NCBI GenBank assembly: GCA_963579735.1
Contig: CAUZIB010000005.1
Location: 6,463 to 70,462, forward strand
Length of the DNA: 64,000 nucleotides
From: Vicinamibacteria bacterium
GTDB taxonomy: Bacteria; Acidobacteriota; Vicinamibacteria; Vicinamibacterales; UBA8438
Reading direction: 5' to 3'
Shown: positions 55,906 to 64,000 of the stretch, piece by piece
Layout of the letters: each line of letters opens with the position of its first letter
How positions within the stretch are numbered: position 1 is the first letter of the stretch
Program-made: the position numbers and the translations under genes
Notes under the pieces: generated by a model
What the model was told of the DNA's origin: nothing
The model's input: the letters and a program-made list of their open reading frames with translations, nothing else
Databases searched by the model: none

Positions 55906-57108
55906 TTGGAAGGAAACGAGGAACGGTCGATGGATATGAGAACTGCTGTGACCCTCGGGAGCGACCGACTCCTCGCCTCCGGACAGCTCACGGGACGTCG
56001 CGTGGGTCTGGTCTGCAATCCGGCCTCACTCAACGCAAACTGGCAGCATGTATCGGACCACGTCACCCAGATGCCGGGCGTAACCTTGGCAGCGCTCTTT
56101 GGACCGCAGCACGGTTTCCATTCGGTCGTACAAGACAACATGGTGGAAACCTCTCACGCCCGTCATCGGCGCTACGATGTCCCGGTGTATTCGCTCTACA
56201 GCGACACTCGCGAACCCACCGCAGACATGCTCGACGGACTCGATGTGCTCGTCATCGACCTTCAAGACGTGGGCACGCGGGTATACACCTACATCTACAC
56301 GATGGCCCACTGTCTCCGCGCGGCCAGTCATCACGACCTGCCGGTCATTGTCTGTGACCGACCCAACCCGATAGGAGGCGCGGTCATCGAGGGACCGATG
56401 CTCACGCCGGGGTTTGAATCGTTCGTGGGTCAGTTTCCTATCCCGCTCCGTCATGGAATGACGATTGGAGAGCTTGCCGCACTCTTCAACACACTTCTCT
56501 CCAGACCCGCCCCGCTGGATGTGATCCCCATGACAGGCTGGTCCCGAGCGATGTATCACGACGAGACCGGACTCCCCTGGGTTCTGCCCTCACCAAACCT
56601 GCCGACTCTTGACAGCGCGGTCGTCTATCCGGGCGGTGTGCTCTTTGAAGGCACGAGCCTCTCCGAAGGACGCGGGACCACGCGACCGTTCGAGCTCCTG
56701 GGAGCGCCCGGCGTCGACGCCGAGGCGATCACCGATTCGCTCAACAGCCGGCAACTCGGTGGCGTGCGCTTTCGTCCAGTCGAGTTTGAGCCCACCTTTC
56801 AGAAACACGCGGGGACGACGTGCGGAGGTTGCCAGCTCCACGTCACCGACCGGGTGTCATTCGCGCCCGTCAAAGCGGCCGTCGCCGTCATGCACGCGTT
56901 CAGAACACACGCCGCGTCGGCCTTTGTCTGGCGAGAGCCGCCTTACGAATACGAGCACGTGCACCGCCCGATCGATATCCTCTCTGGGTCGGAGACGCTG
57001 CGGCAACAAATCGACAGTAACCAGAACGCGGAGGATATTGCCGCGTCGTGGCGACCTGGCGAAGACGAGTTTCTGACCACGCGAAAGCCCTTTCTTCTCT
57101 ACGAGTAG
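55906..57108 (+). CDS. DUF1343 family protein (exo-beta-N-acetylmuramidase NamZ-like)
   Basis: GLVCNPAS...LFGPQHGF...VIDLQDVGTRVYTY are hallmark stretches. The start may be the Met at 55930. Confidence 0.75.
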   Translation: MEGNEERSMDMRTAVTLGSDRLLASGQLTGRRVGLVCNPASLNANWQHVSDHVTQMPGVTLAALFGPQHGFHSVVQDNMVETSHARHRRYDVPVYSLYSDTREPTADMLDGLDVLVIDLQDVGTRVYTYIYTMAHCLRAASHHDLPVIVCDRPNPIGGAVIEGPMLTPGFESFVGQFPIPLRHGMTIGELAALFNTLLSRPAPLDVIPMTGWSRAMYHDETGLPWVLPSPNLPTLDSAVVYPGGVLFEGTSLSEGRGTTRPFELLGAPGVDAEAITDSLNSRQLGGVRFRPVEFEPTFQKHAGTTCGGCQLHVTDRVSFAPVKAAVAVMHAFRTHAASAFVWREPPYEYEHVHRPIDILSGSETLRQQIDSNQNAEDIAASWRPGEDEFLTTRKPFLLYE

Positions 57109-57267
57109 TCGAGTGGATTGAGCCCGCGACGGTGCCTCTCGTGGAGATTGGGTCAAGGCTCGGGTTCCTAGACCCTCTGCTGTAGAGCGTCGCGCGGAAG
57201 AACTCACGCTTTACAAGAACGGGAACGCTCTCCTTGCCTATCCCGAAGTGGTACGAGGGTTGTCACC

Positions 57268-58638
57268 ATGAGTATGAGTCCGCCTTTCCCGCCCATTGAA
57301 GAGCTCGCTGACAGAATTCGCTCAGGGCGGACGACCTCAGAGCAACTGGTGGAACAGTGCCTGGCGGCGATCGACCGGCAAGAGGGACAGCTGAACGCGT
57401 TCATTTCCGTGCTTGCGGACGAGGCGCGCACCGACGCGCGTCGCGCCGACCGAGAGCTCCGAGAAGGCCACGACCGAGGCGTCTTGCACGGTATTCCGAT
57501 ATCAGTCAAAGACCTCATCGACCTCGACGGTCTGCCCACCACCGCCGCGTCGTTGGTGCGCGACGGACACCGTGCCACGTCCGACGCGCTGGTGCTCTCG
57601 CATCTCCGGCGCGCCGGTGCGGTTTTTGTGGGTAAATGCAATCTCCATGAGTTTGCGTTTGGCACAACAGGCGAGGATTCGGCATTCGGACCAACAAGAA
57701 ATCCGTACGCCCCAGGGCACATGCCCGGCGGGTCCAGCAGCGGTTCGGCGGTCTCGGTGGCGGCGGGGATGGCGGTCGCGTCTGTTGGCACTGACACGGG
57801 CGGCTCGATCCGGATTCCTTCAGCCGCGTGCGGCGTGGTGGGCCTCAAGCCGACGTATGGCGAGCTCAGCTGTGACGGTGTGATACCGCTGGCAGAATCC
57901 CTCGACCACGTGGGACCACTTGGGTCGAGCGTCAGTGACGTTGCCTGTCTCTACGAGGTGATGGCCGGCCGCGCGCCGACGACTCTGGCCAGTAACGATC
58001 GGCCCAGGCCCGCGGTCGCCGGCGTGCTCCGGCCCTACTTCCTGGACCAGCTTGACGACATTGTCCGACACGATCTCGACGCGCTGCTCGACCGTTTGCG
58101 ACATGCTGGGTGGGACGTCCAGGACGTGTCGCTCCCGCACGCCGAGAACATCGCCGAGACCTATCGGCAGACCGTGCTGTACGAGGCATTCAATGTCCAC
58201 CGGACAGCACTCTCCCAACGTCCCGACAAATACTCGCCCCGTGTCCGAGCGCGTCTGGCTCTAGGAGCGAACATTTCGCAGAGAGACTATGAAGACGCGC
58301 GCCGAATGCGAGACACGTTGAGACGGGAAGTAGAGACACTGCTCGCCACGCGCCCGTACTTGGTCCTTCCGACACTTCCCATGCCGGCGCCGCCGCTGCA
58401 TACAGAGACGATTTCGTTGGGCGAGAACGACCAGCCAACGGCCATCCGCGAGCTCACACTCCGCCTCACTCAACTCTTTGACCTGACCGGGCACCCAGCA
58501 CTCTCGATACCAATGGGCTTATCCCCCGGCGGGCTACCGACCGCCGTTCAGCTGATTGGCCGGTCCGGACACACGGCGTCCCTCCTTCGCGATGCGTCAG
58601 AGTACGAAGAGGTCATTCGCGGTACGAATCCCGGTTGA
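57268..58638 (+). CDS. Amidase (amidase-signature family)
   Basis: GGSSSGSAVSVAAGMA signature and the Ser-cisSer-Lys context (KD...GTDTGGSIR). Confidence 0.9.
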   Translation: MSMSPPFPPIEELADRIRSGRTTSEQLVEQCLAAIDRQEGQLNAFISVLADEARTDARRADRELREGHDRGVLHGIPISVKDLIDLDGLPTTAASLVRDGHRATSDALVLSHLRRAGAVFVGKCNLHEFAFGTTGEDSAFGPTRNPYAPGHMPGGSSSGSAVSVAAGMAVASVGTDTGGSIRIPSAACGVVGLKPTYGELSCDGVIPLAESLDHVGPLGSSVSDVACLYEVMAGRAPTTLASNDRPRPAVAGVLRPYFLDQLDDIVRHDLDALLDRLRHAGWDVQDVSLPHAENIAETYRQTVLYEAFNVHRTALSQRPDKYSPRVRARLALGANISQRDYEDARRMRDTLRREVETLLATRPYLVLPTLPMPAPPLHTETISLGENDQPTAIRELTLRLTQLFDLTGHPALSIPMGLSPGGLPTAVQLIGRSGHTASLLRDASEYEEVIRGTNPG

Positions 58639-58791
58639 CACTGAGCGGACTGCGGAGCGGGCCTGACGGTTCACACGCGATCACGAGGAGGCGCATTCAT
58701 CAGCCATCGGCGATGACGCGAAGGCGCGCGACGTGCCGATAGACCGCCTCAGCCGCCCTCTGGCTCGCGTGGGGAGTTGCGACGACGCGCG

Positions 58792-59241
58792 CTAACCCTG
58801 CCCGGCGATCTTCTGTAGCTCGTCGTAGCCGCTCCCCGTGGGCGTGTCCTGCTCCACCGGAAGACCCGCGTCGGCCCAGCCCTCGGCGACGACGTGGCCG
58901 GTCATGCGGTCGCGAGCGCCGCCAAACCCGCCTGCGACGTTGGTCACGTCCTGATACCCCGCGGCCACCAACGCCTGTCCAGCTTGCGCCGAACGACCAC
59001 CCATTTGGCATCCGACAAGAAGCGCAGTGTCCGGAGAGAAATTCGCCTGCATCACCGTCAGAAAATCGGGGTTAGGATGCATCCGACCGGTCGATTCGAC
59101 AAAATGGAGAAGCGGCACGTTGCGGGCTCCAGCGGGGTGCCCCTTCTCAAACTCTGGCACGGAGCGGACGTCCACATACACCTGACCATCCTCCGTCTGG
59201 CGCGTATACGCCGTCTTCACATCAACCTGTTTTAGACTCAT
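58792..59241 (-). CDS. Rhodanese-domain sulfurtransferase
   Basis: Active-site loop CQMGGRSAQA; 149 aa. Confidence 0.8.
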   Translation of the reverse strand: MSLKQVDVKTAYTRQTEDGQVYVDVRSVPEFEKGHPAGARNVPLLHFVESTGRMHPNPDFLTVMQANFSPDTALLVGCQMGGRSAQAGQALVAAGYQDVTNVAGGFGGARDRMTGHVVAEGWADAGLPVEQDTPTGSGYDELQKIAGQG

Positions 59242-59306
59242 CGGGCGGGTTTCTCCTCGTCATCGCATAGTAGCATCCTCGGTCGGAGCATTTCTTTCCT
59301 ACGCCG

Positions 59307-60347
59307 ATGCTAAAGAGCCTCTTTTATCGATGGGAGCGGCGGCTCGCCTCCGTCACCACAGATCGCGTGGTTGGCGAGTTCGACTGGGGTCTCGATTGGC
59401 TCGCCAACCCGCCCTGCCCCGGTTCGGGTTCCTCGCCAGGTTCGGGTCCTTCGCCAAGTGAGACCATCCGGGCATGGTCGGCGGCGGCGCTCGAGAATTC
59501 AGAGAGATTCTTTGAGACCCCTCCTCTTCCCGATAACGAGTTTGTCTTCACCGGCGACGCGCTGAGTTTTCCCAGCGCCATGGACACACCACATCTGGAA
59601 AACAACCGTGTCCACGCGCGGTACTGCCCGACCCCCACCGCGGGAGGGTCGCGTCGCGCGGTAGTCGTCTTGCCGCAATGGAATGCCGCCCCGGACGCCC
59701 ATATGGCCCTGAGCCGTCTCATCGCCCGTTTCGGGGTAAGCGCGCTTCGACTCAGCCTGCCGTATCACGACAGCCGCATGCCGGCTGAGCTCCATCGTGC
59801 CGACTACATCGTCAGCGCAAACATCGGTCGCACACTGCAGGTCTGCCGCCAGGCCGTGCTTGACGCGAGACGAGCGGTGCATTGGCTATCGGCCCGTGGC
59901 TACGACCGCATCGGAATTCTGGGGACGAGTCTGGGTTCGTGTCTGGCCATGCTCACGGCCGCCCACGAGCCAAAGATCGACGCTGCTGCGCTCAATCACA
60001 TCTCACCGTACTTTGCGGACGTCGTCTGGGAGGGGCTCTCCACGGAGCACGTGCGGGCTGGGCTGGACGGCGAGATCGAGTTGGACGAGCTGCGCCGTTT
60101 GTGGATGCCGATCAGCCCCCGGCCGTATATCGACCGCATGCGAGAGAAGCGCACGCTGTTGGTGTATGCACGCTACGACCTCTCGTTTCCGGTCCGTCTT
60201 TCTCGAGCGCTTATCGACGAATTCCGCCAACGGACAATTCGACCCAACGTCTTCGAGCTTCCGTGTGGCCACTACTCGACGGGAACGGCACCGTTCAGCT
60301 GGATCGACGCCTATGTGCTGATTCGTTTCTTGCGACGTGCATTGTGA
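59307..60347 (+). CDS. Alpha/beta hydrolase family protein
   Basis: Nucleophile elbow GTSLGS and C-terminal CGHYS. Contains a PGSGSSPGSGPS linker. Confidence 0.65.
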   Translation: MLKSLFYRWERRLASVTTDRVVGEFDWGLDWLANPPCPGSGSSPGSGPSPSETIRAWSAAALENSERFFETPPLPDNEFVFTGDALSFPSAMDTPHLENNRVHARYCPTPTAGGSRRAVVVLPQWNAAPDAHMALSRLIARFGVSALRLSLPYHDSRMPAELHRADYIVSANIGRTLQVCRQAVLDARRAVHWLSARGYDRIGILGTSLGSCLAMLTAAHEPKIDAAALNHISPYFADVVWEGLSTEHVRAGLDGEIELDELRRLWMPISPRPYIDRMREKRTLLVYARYDLSFPVRLSRALIDEFRQRTIRPNVFELPCGHYSTGTAPFSWIDAYVLIRFLRRAL

Positions 60348-60515
60348 GGCGGAGCGGGCGCGGGGTTTGCCACGGGACACCGGAAACGCTGCGCCTCAAT
60401 CCGACACGTGGCACGTTGGCACCACCGACATCTCACCGACGAGAAATTGCTCCGTCTTATTGAGCCGAGCCTTTGGCGATGTCCAGTGGACGAGAGGCGG
60501 GCGAGATGGAGCGTC

Positions 60516-60719
60516 TCAAAGATACTGAAGCAACCCTCTCAGGGCCTGCAAGAGAATGGCCGCCAGCTCGCGCACGACCGGCGTCACATCCTGCTCGGTC
60601 ACCGCGTTGGCTACGGTCACCGGATTGCTGAGCAATAGCCAAATCGTCGCGGCGGCCAAGGTCACCGCCACGACCCCTACGACACCGACCAAGCTCATGC
60701 CAAAACGCGCGTAGCTCAT
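60516..60719 (-). CDS. Small membrane protein, hypothetical
   Basis: 67 aa with one TM helix. Starts 10 nt after the stop of the upstream M16 gene. Confidence 0.45.
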   Translation of the reverse strand: MSYARFGMSLVGVVGVVAVTLAAATIWLLLSNPVTVANAVTEQDVTPVVRELAAILLQALRGLLQYL

Positions 60720-60728
60720 GGGAATGAC

Positions 60729-62084
60729 CTATTCCATCACAGTCGGCGCGCCGAGGCCGAGATCCTCGAGCGGTGACAAGACGCTATCGCTCGCGCCGAC
60801 CACCACGACCGCTAGGCCGTCCGCGTTCACATGGCTGGACGCCACCTGGGCCAAGGCGGCCGAGTCGACGGCGTTCACGGCGTCCACGAATCGGGCCATC
60901 TCGTCGACGGCCAGGCCGTGCAGGGCGAGCGCCACCCCGCCCCGCGCGAGCTGAGATGCGGTTTCAAAGCTCCGAGGAAAGCCGAGGACCAATGCGGCCC
61001 GGGCAAGTCCTAACTCATGATCAGTCACGGGACGGTCGGCGCCAATGTCCCTTATCTCACGTATCGCCTCGCCGATGGCGCCGACCGTCGCGTCCGTCTG
61101 AATACTGGATTGAAACGAGAAGGCGCTGGGACCTACTCGCCAATCGATCGACGTCCGCGCACCGTAGGTGTATCCCTTGTCCTCACGAAGGTTGAGATTC
61201 ATGCGGCTCACAAATTGCCCTCCCAACACCATGTTGAGAACGATCAGCGCGTGATAATCCGCGGTCGCCCGAGGGGGCATCACATGCCCCAGACGGATTT
61301 CGGACTGGACGGCGGTCGGTCGTGATACGAAGAACAGCCGAGACGCGGGCGGCGGGGCGTCGGGGCGAGACAGGCGAGCCACCTGAAGGGCCCTTCGCGG
61401 CGCCACTTCCAGAGCACTGGTCGAAAGGTCTTGGAGGGCGTGGTCCGGCAGATCACCCACGGCGATGAGCGTCCAGTCGGCCGCGCCATACCATCGCCGG
61501 TGGAACCCAACGGCGTCGTCCGCGCCGAGCCCCCGGAGGTCACCGTCGGTGCCCAGGGCCACATGACCATAGGGATGGTGAGGATAGACGGAGGCCAAGA
61601 ACACACGGCTTGCGACGGCTGACGGTAGACGCCGCATCTGCTGGAGATGGGTCAGCCGGAGGTCACGCACACGTTCGCAGTCATCGGCGGCAAAACGCGG
61701 ATGCGACGCGACCTCGATCATCAGCCCCAGCGCGCGCGCGGCGTGCTTTGGCAGCGTCGTCAGCGAGACGATAGTCGCGTCGCTGGAGGTGTGGACCGCC
61801 AAGTGCGCGCCAAGACGCATCAGCGTCTCGTGCAGCTCCACCGACGACGACGACTCGGTCCCCTCGTCCAGTAGGGCGGCGGTCAACGCTGCCAACCCGG
61901 TCTGCCCCGGCGGGTCATCTGCCGCCCCGACCGGGATGATCAGCCGGAAGGCCAGGACGGGCGCCCGACGGTGGGTTAGCGTCCACACCCGTGGTCCGTC
62001 GGGCAATCGGATCTGCGTAAAAGTTGGCGGCGAAAATGGCAGCGCGGTGGTGACGGCCGGAAGCCGGGTGCGATCAACAGCCAT
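60729..62084 (-). CDS. M16 peptidase family protein, non-catalytic subunit-like
   Basis: Insulinase fold without HxxEH. Immediately downstream of the catalytic paralog. Confidence 0.8.
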   Translation of the reverse strand: MAVDRTRLPAVTTALPFSPPTFTQIRLPDGPRVWTLTHRRAPVLAFRLIIPVGAADDPPGQTGLAALTAALLDEGTESSSSVELHETLMRLGAHLAVHTSSDATIVSLTTLPKHAARALGLMIEVASHPRFAADDCERVRDLRLTHLQQMRRLPSAVASRVFLASVYPHHPYGHVALGTDGDLRGLGADDAVGFHRRWYGAADWTLIAVGDLPDHALQDLSTSALEVAPRRALQVARLSRPDAPPPASRLFFVSRPTAVQSEIRLGHVMPPRATADYHALIVLNMVLGGQFVSRMNLNLREDKGYTYGARTSIDWRVGPSAFSFQSSIQTDATVGAIGEAIREIRDIGADRPVTDHELGLARAALVLGFPRSFETASQLARGGVALALHGLAVDEMARFVDAVNAVDSAALAQVASSHVNADGLAVVVVGASDSVLSPLEDLGLGAPTVME

Positions 62085-62087
62085 GGG

Positions 62088-63407
62088 TCAGTCCGCGACG
62101 CGCGCGGTGGCGTCCTCGGAGCCCGCGAGTGCCATCGAGCTGGGACTGCCGGTCGGCGTGACGCTCAACGCCACTGCCGGCGTCTCCGCCAGGTAGCGAT
62201 GGGTGACGGTGCGGACGGCGTCAGGCGAGAGGTCAAGATAGCGGGCCAAATCGGCATCGAAGTATCCGGGGTCACCCGTATACACGTTGTATGCGTTCAA
62301 CTGGTCGGAGCGACCACCAAATCCGCCAACTGTCTGAAAACGATAGGCAAAGTCAGCCTCGATACTGGTCTGCGTACGGGCCACCTCGTCGGGCGTAGGT
62401 CCATCGTCGCACATTCTTCGTAGCTCGGTCGTCAGTACGTCGTCAAGCTCGTCGAGTGTGTGACCCGGGGCGGCAGTCGCGACGATGCTAAATGTCCCCG
62501 AGAGCTCGCGAGACCCTTGCCCCGCCCCGACGTCGGTCGCGATCTGGCGTGTGTGGACCAATTCGCGATAGAGCCGCGACGACTTCCCCCCGGCGAGAAT
62601 CGTCGCGGTGATGTCCAACGCCGCATCCCCCGGACCAAACAGCGCCGGGCTGGGCCACGACAGATACAACCGTGGCAATTCGACCTGGTCCTCGAGGCTA
62701 AGACGAACAGGCTCCACCCGCGCGGCCGGCAGGCCCGACAGTGCCGGTGCGGGCGGTCCGGCGGGGATGTCGCCGAAGTAGTGCGCTGCGAGCGCATGCC
62801 CGTGGTTGAGTTCGATATCACCCGCCAGTACCAGCGACGCGTTGGCCGGGTGATAATAGGATGAAAAGAACTCACGCACCGCGTCGAAATCGGCCTGCTC
62901 GATATCTTTCCGCGCGCCAATGGGTAGCCACCGATACGGGTGGCCCTCGGGATACATGGCGTGCATCAGCGCCATGCTGGCCAGACCATACGGTCGATTC
63001 TCGTAGTTTTGCCGGCGCTCGTTGAGCACCACCTTTCGCTGGGTTTCGAACTTCTCCTCGGTCAGCGCAGGCAACAGGAACCCCATCCGGTCGGATTCGA
63101 GCCACATCGCTCGGTCGACCGCGCCTGTCGGCACAACTTCCCAGTAGTTCGTCCGGTCTGCACTCGTTGAGCCATTGAGCACCCCGCCGATCTCCTGGAG
63201 CGGCTCAAAATATCCGCGGTCGTGGTGGGCGGAGCCCTCGAACATGAGGTGCTCGAACAGGTGGGCGAAGCCCGAACGTCCCGGCCGTTCGTTCTTTGAG
63301 CCGACGTGATACCACAGGTTGACCGCGACGATCGGTAGTGCGCGTTCTTCGTGCACGACGACGTCGAGGCCGTTGTCCAGGGTGCGCTTCTCGTAGGCGA
63401 TCGGCAT
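62088..63407 (-). CDS. M16 (pitrilysin/insulinase) zinc peptidase
   Basis: Inverted zinc motif HLFEHLMFEGS with a downstream E. Confidence 0.85.
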   Translation of the reverse strand: MPIAYEKRTLDNGLDVVVHEERALPIVAVNLWYHVGSKNERPGRSGFAHLFEHLMFEGSAHHDRGYFEPLQEIGGVLNGSTSADRTNYWEVVPTGAVDRAMWLESDRMGFLLPALTEEKFETQRKVVLNERRQNYENRPYGLASMALMHAMYPEGHPYRWLPIGARKDIEQADFDAVREFFSSYYHPANASLVLAGDIELNHGHALAAHYFGDIPAGPPAPALSGLPAARVEPVRLSLEDQVELPRLYLSWPSPALFGPGDAALDITATILAGGKSSRLYRELVHTRQIATDVGAGQGSRELSGTFSIVATAAPGHTLDELDDVLTTELRRMCDDGPTPDEVARTQTSIEADFAYRFQTVGGFGGRSDQLNAYNVYTGDPGYFDADLARYLDLSPDAVRTVTHRYLAETPAVALSVTPTGSPSSMALAGSEDATARVAD

Positions 63408-63462
63408 GACTGCTCTATCCTAGTGGACTGAATCAGAGGGTGACCGCGCAGGGTCGACGACA

Positions 63463-63996
63463 ATGAGAATTCTTGGATACATCGTAGCCGGGGCGGCGTT
63501 GGTCGCGCTCCCACTGACTGCCGCCGCGCAGCCAACGCTAAATTTCGACCCGCCCGCGGAGTGGATACCCGTCAAGCCCGCGTCCTCCATGCGGATCGCC
63601 CAATTCGCGCTGCCGCGCAGCGGAGTGGATACCGAGGATGCGGAGTTCGCGGTCTTCTATTTTGGAGCGGGCGGCGGTAGCGTCGAGGCCAACCTCGAGC
63701 GTTGGACCAACCAAATGATCCAACCAGACGGTCGCTCCTCGGCCGATGTCGCCACGACCACCCAATTTGATGTCGACGAGCTCGTTGTTACGGTACTGGA
63801 CGTGCCGGGAATCTATGGTGCCGAAGTGCAGCCCGGGTCGGGTATGCGGTATTTCAAACGTGGGTTCCGTCTTAAAGCGGCCGTCGTCGAAACACCTGGA
63901 GGGCCATACTTCTTCAAGGTGACCGGTCCCGATCGCACGGTCATGCGATGGGACGCGGCATTTACCCGTCTGCTGAAGTCCGTGACCCACCGATAG
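63463..63996 (+). CDS. Exported hypothetical protein
   Basis: Signal peptide [23 protein letters not shown]; 177 aa. Divergent from the M16 operon. Confidence 0.55.
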   Translation: MRILGYIVAGAALVALPLTAAAQPTLNFDPPAEWIPVKPASSMRIAQFALPRSGVDTEDAEFAVFYFGAGGGSVEANLERWTNQMIQPDGRSSADVATTTQFDVDELVVTVLDVPGIYGAEVQPGSGMRYFKRGFRLKAAVVETPGGPYFFKVTGPDRTVMRWDAAFTRLLKSVTHR

Positions 63997-64000
63997 GCCC

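Noticed and set aside
59418-59456. Considered whether the tandem 18-nt repeat (GGTTCGGGTTCCTCGCCA / GGTTCGGGTCCTTCGCCA) is a micro-repeat or CRISPR-like element
   Set aside because: There are only two units, in frame inside the alpha/beta hydrolase gene, encoding a PGSGSS-PGSGPS linker. No spacer-repeat architecture exists anywhere in the window.

Overview
High-GC (~63-66% by eye) bacterial chromosome segment; the gene content (lipid A/LPS core genes, tandem Ser/Thr kinases with TolB-like propellers, many Tat/Sec-exported hypothetical proteins) suggests an Acidobacteriota-like didermic organism, which is inference only. Intact housekeeping blocks: tRNA-Asp and tRNA-Val; an LPS operon on the minus strand (waaA-lpxK-acyltransferase-heptose kinase-heptosyltransferase); gap-pgk-tpiA-secG-tRNA-Leu(GAG); a NitT/TauT-type ABC transporter; a Mo-oxidoreductase/cytochrome b pair; an M1 peptidase; a HemN-like radical SAM protein; a CoA-transferase/MaoC/PrpD/CitE/acyl-CoA dehydrogenase cluster resembling itaconate catabolism; dam, an amidase and an M16 peptidase pair. 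Three accessory stretches (about 10.8-21.9 kb, 27.7-31.9 kb and 39.3-43.7 kb) are full of truncated and frameshifted genes. The first starts at tRNA-Leu. It carries an 18-nt duplicate of the tRNA 3' end 3.9 kb downstream, plus a tandem TTTGCCCAC motif placed like integrase arm sites, so it looks like a decayed integrative element without an integrase. The most unusual object is a ~390-nt non-coding stretch (29479-29868, minus strand) packed with GNRA-capped hairpins and possible pseudoknots. I cannot assign it to RNase P, tmRNA, SRP or any riboswitch, and it sits directly 3' of an unassignable decayed ORF. No CRISPR array, rRNA, intact transposase or integrase was seen. All calls rest on motif reading by eye. 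Start codons and frameshift positions are approximate, and no database search was run.
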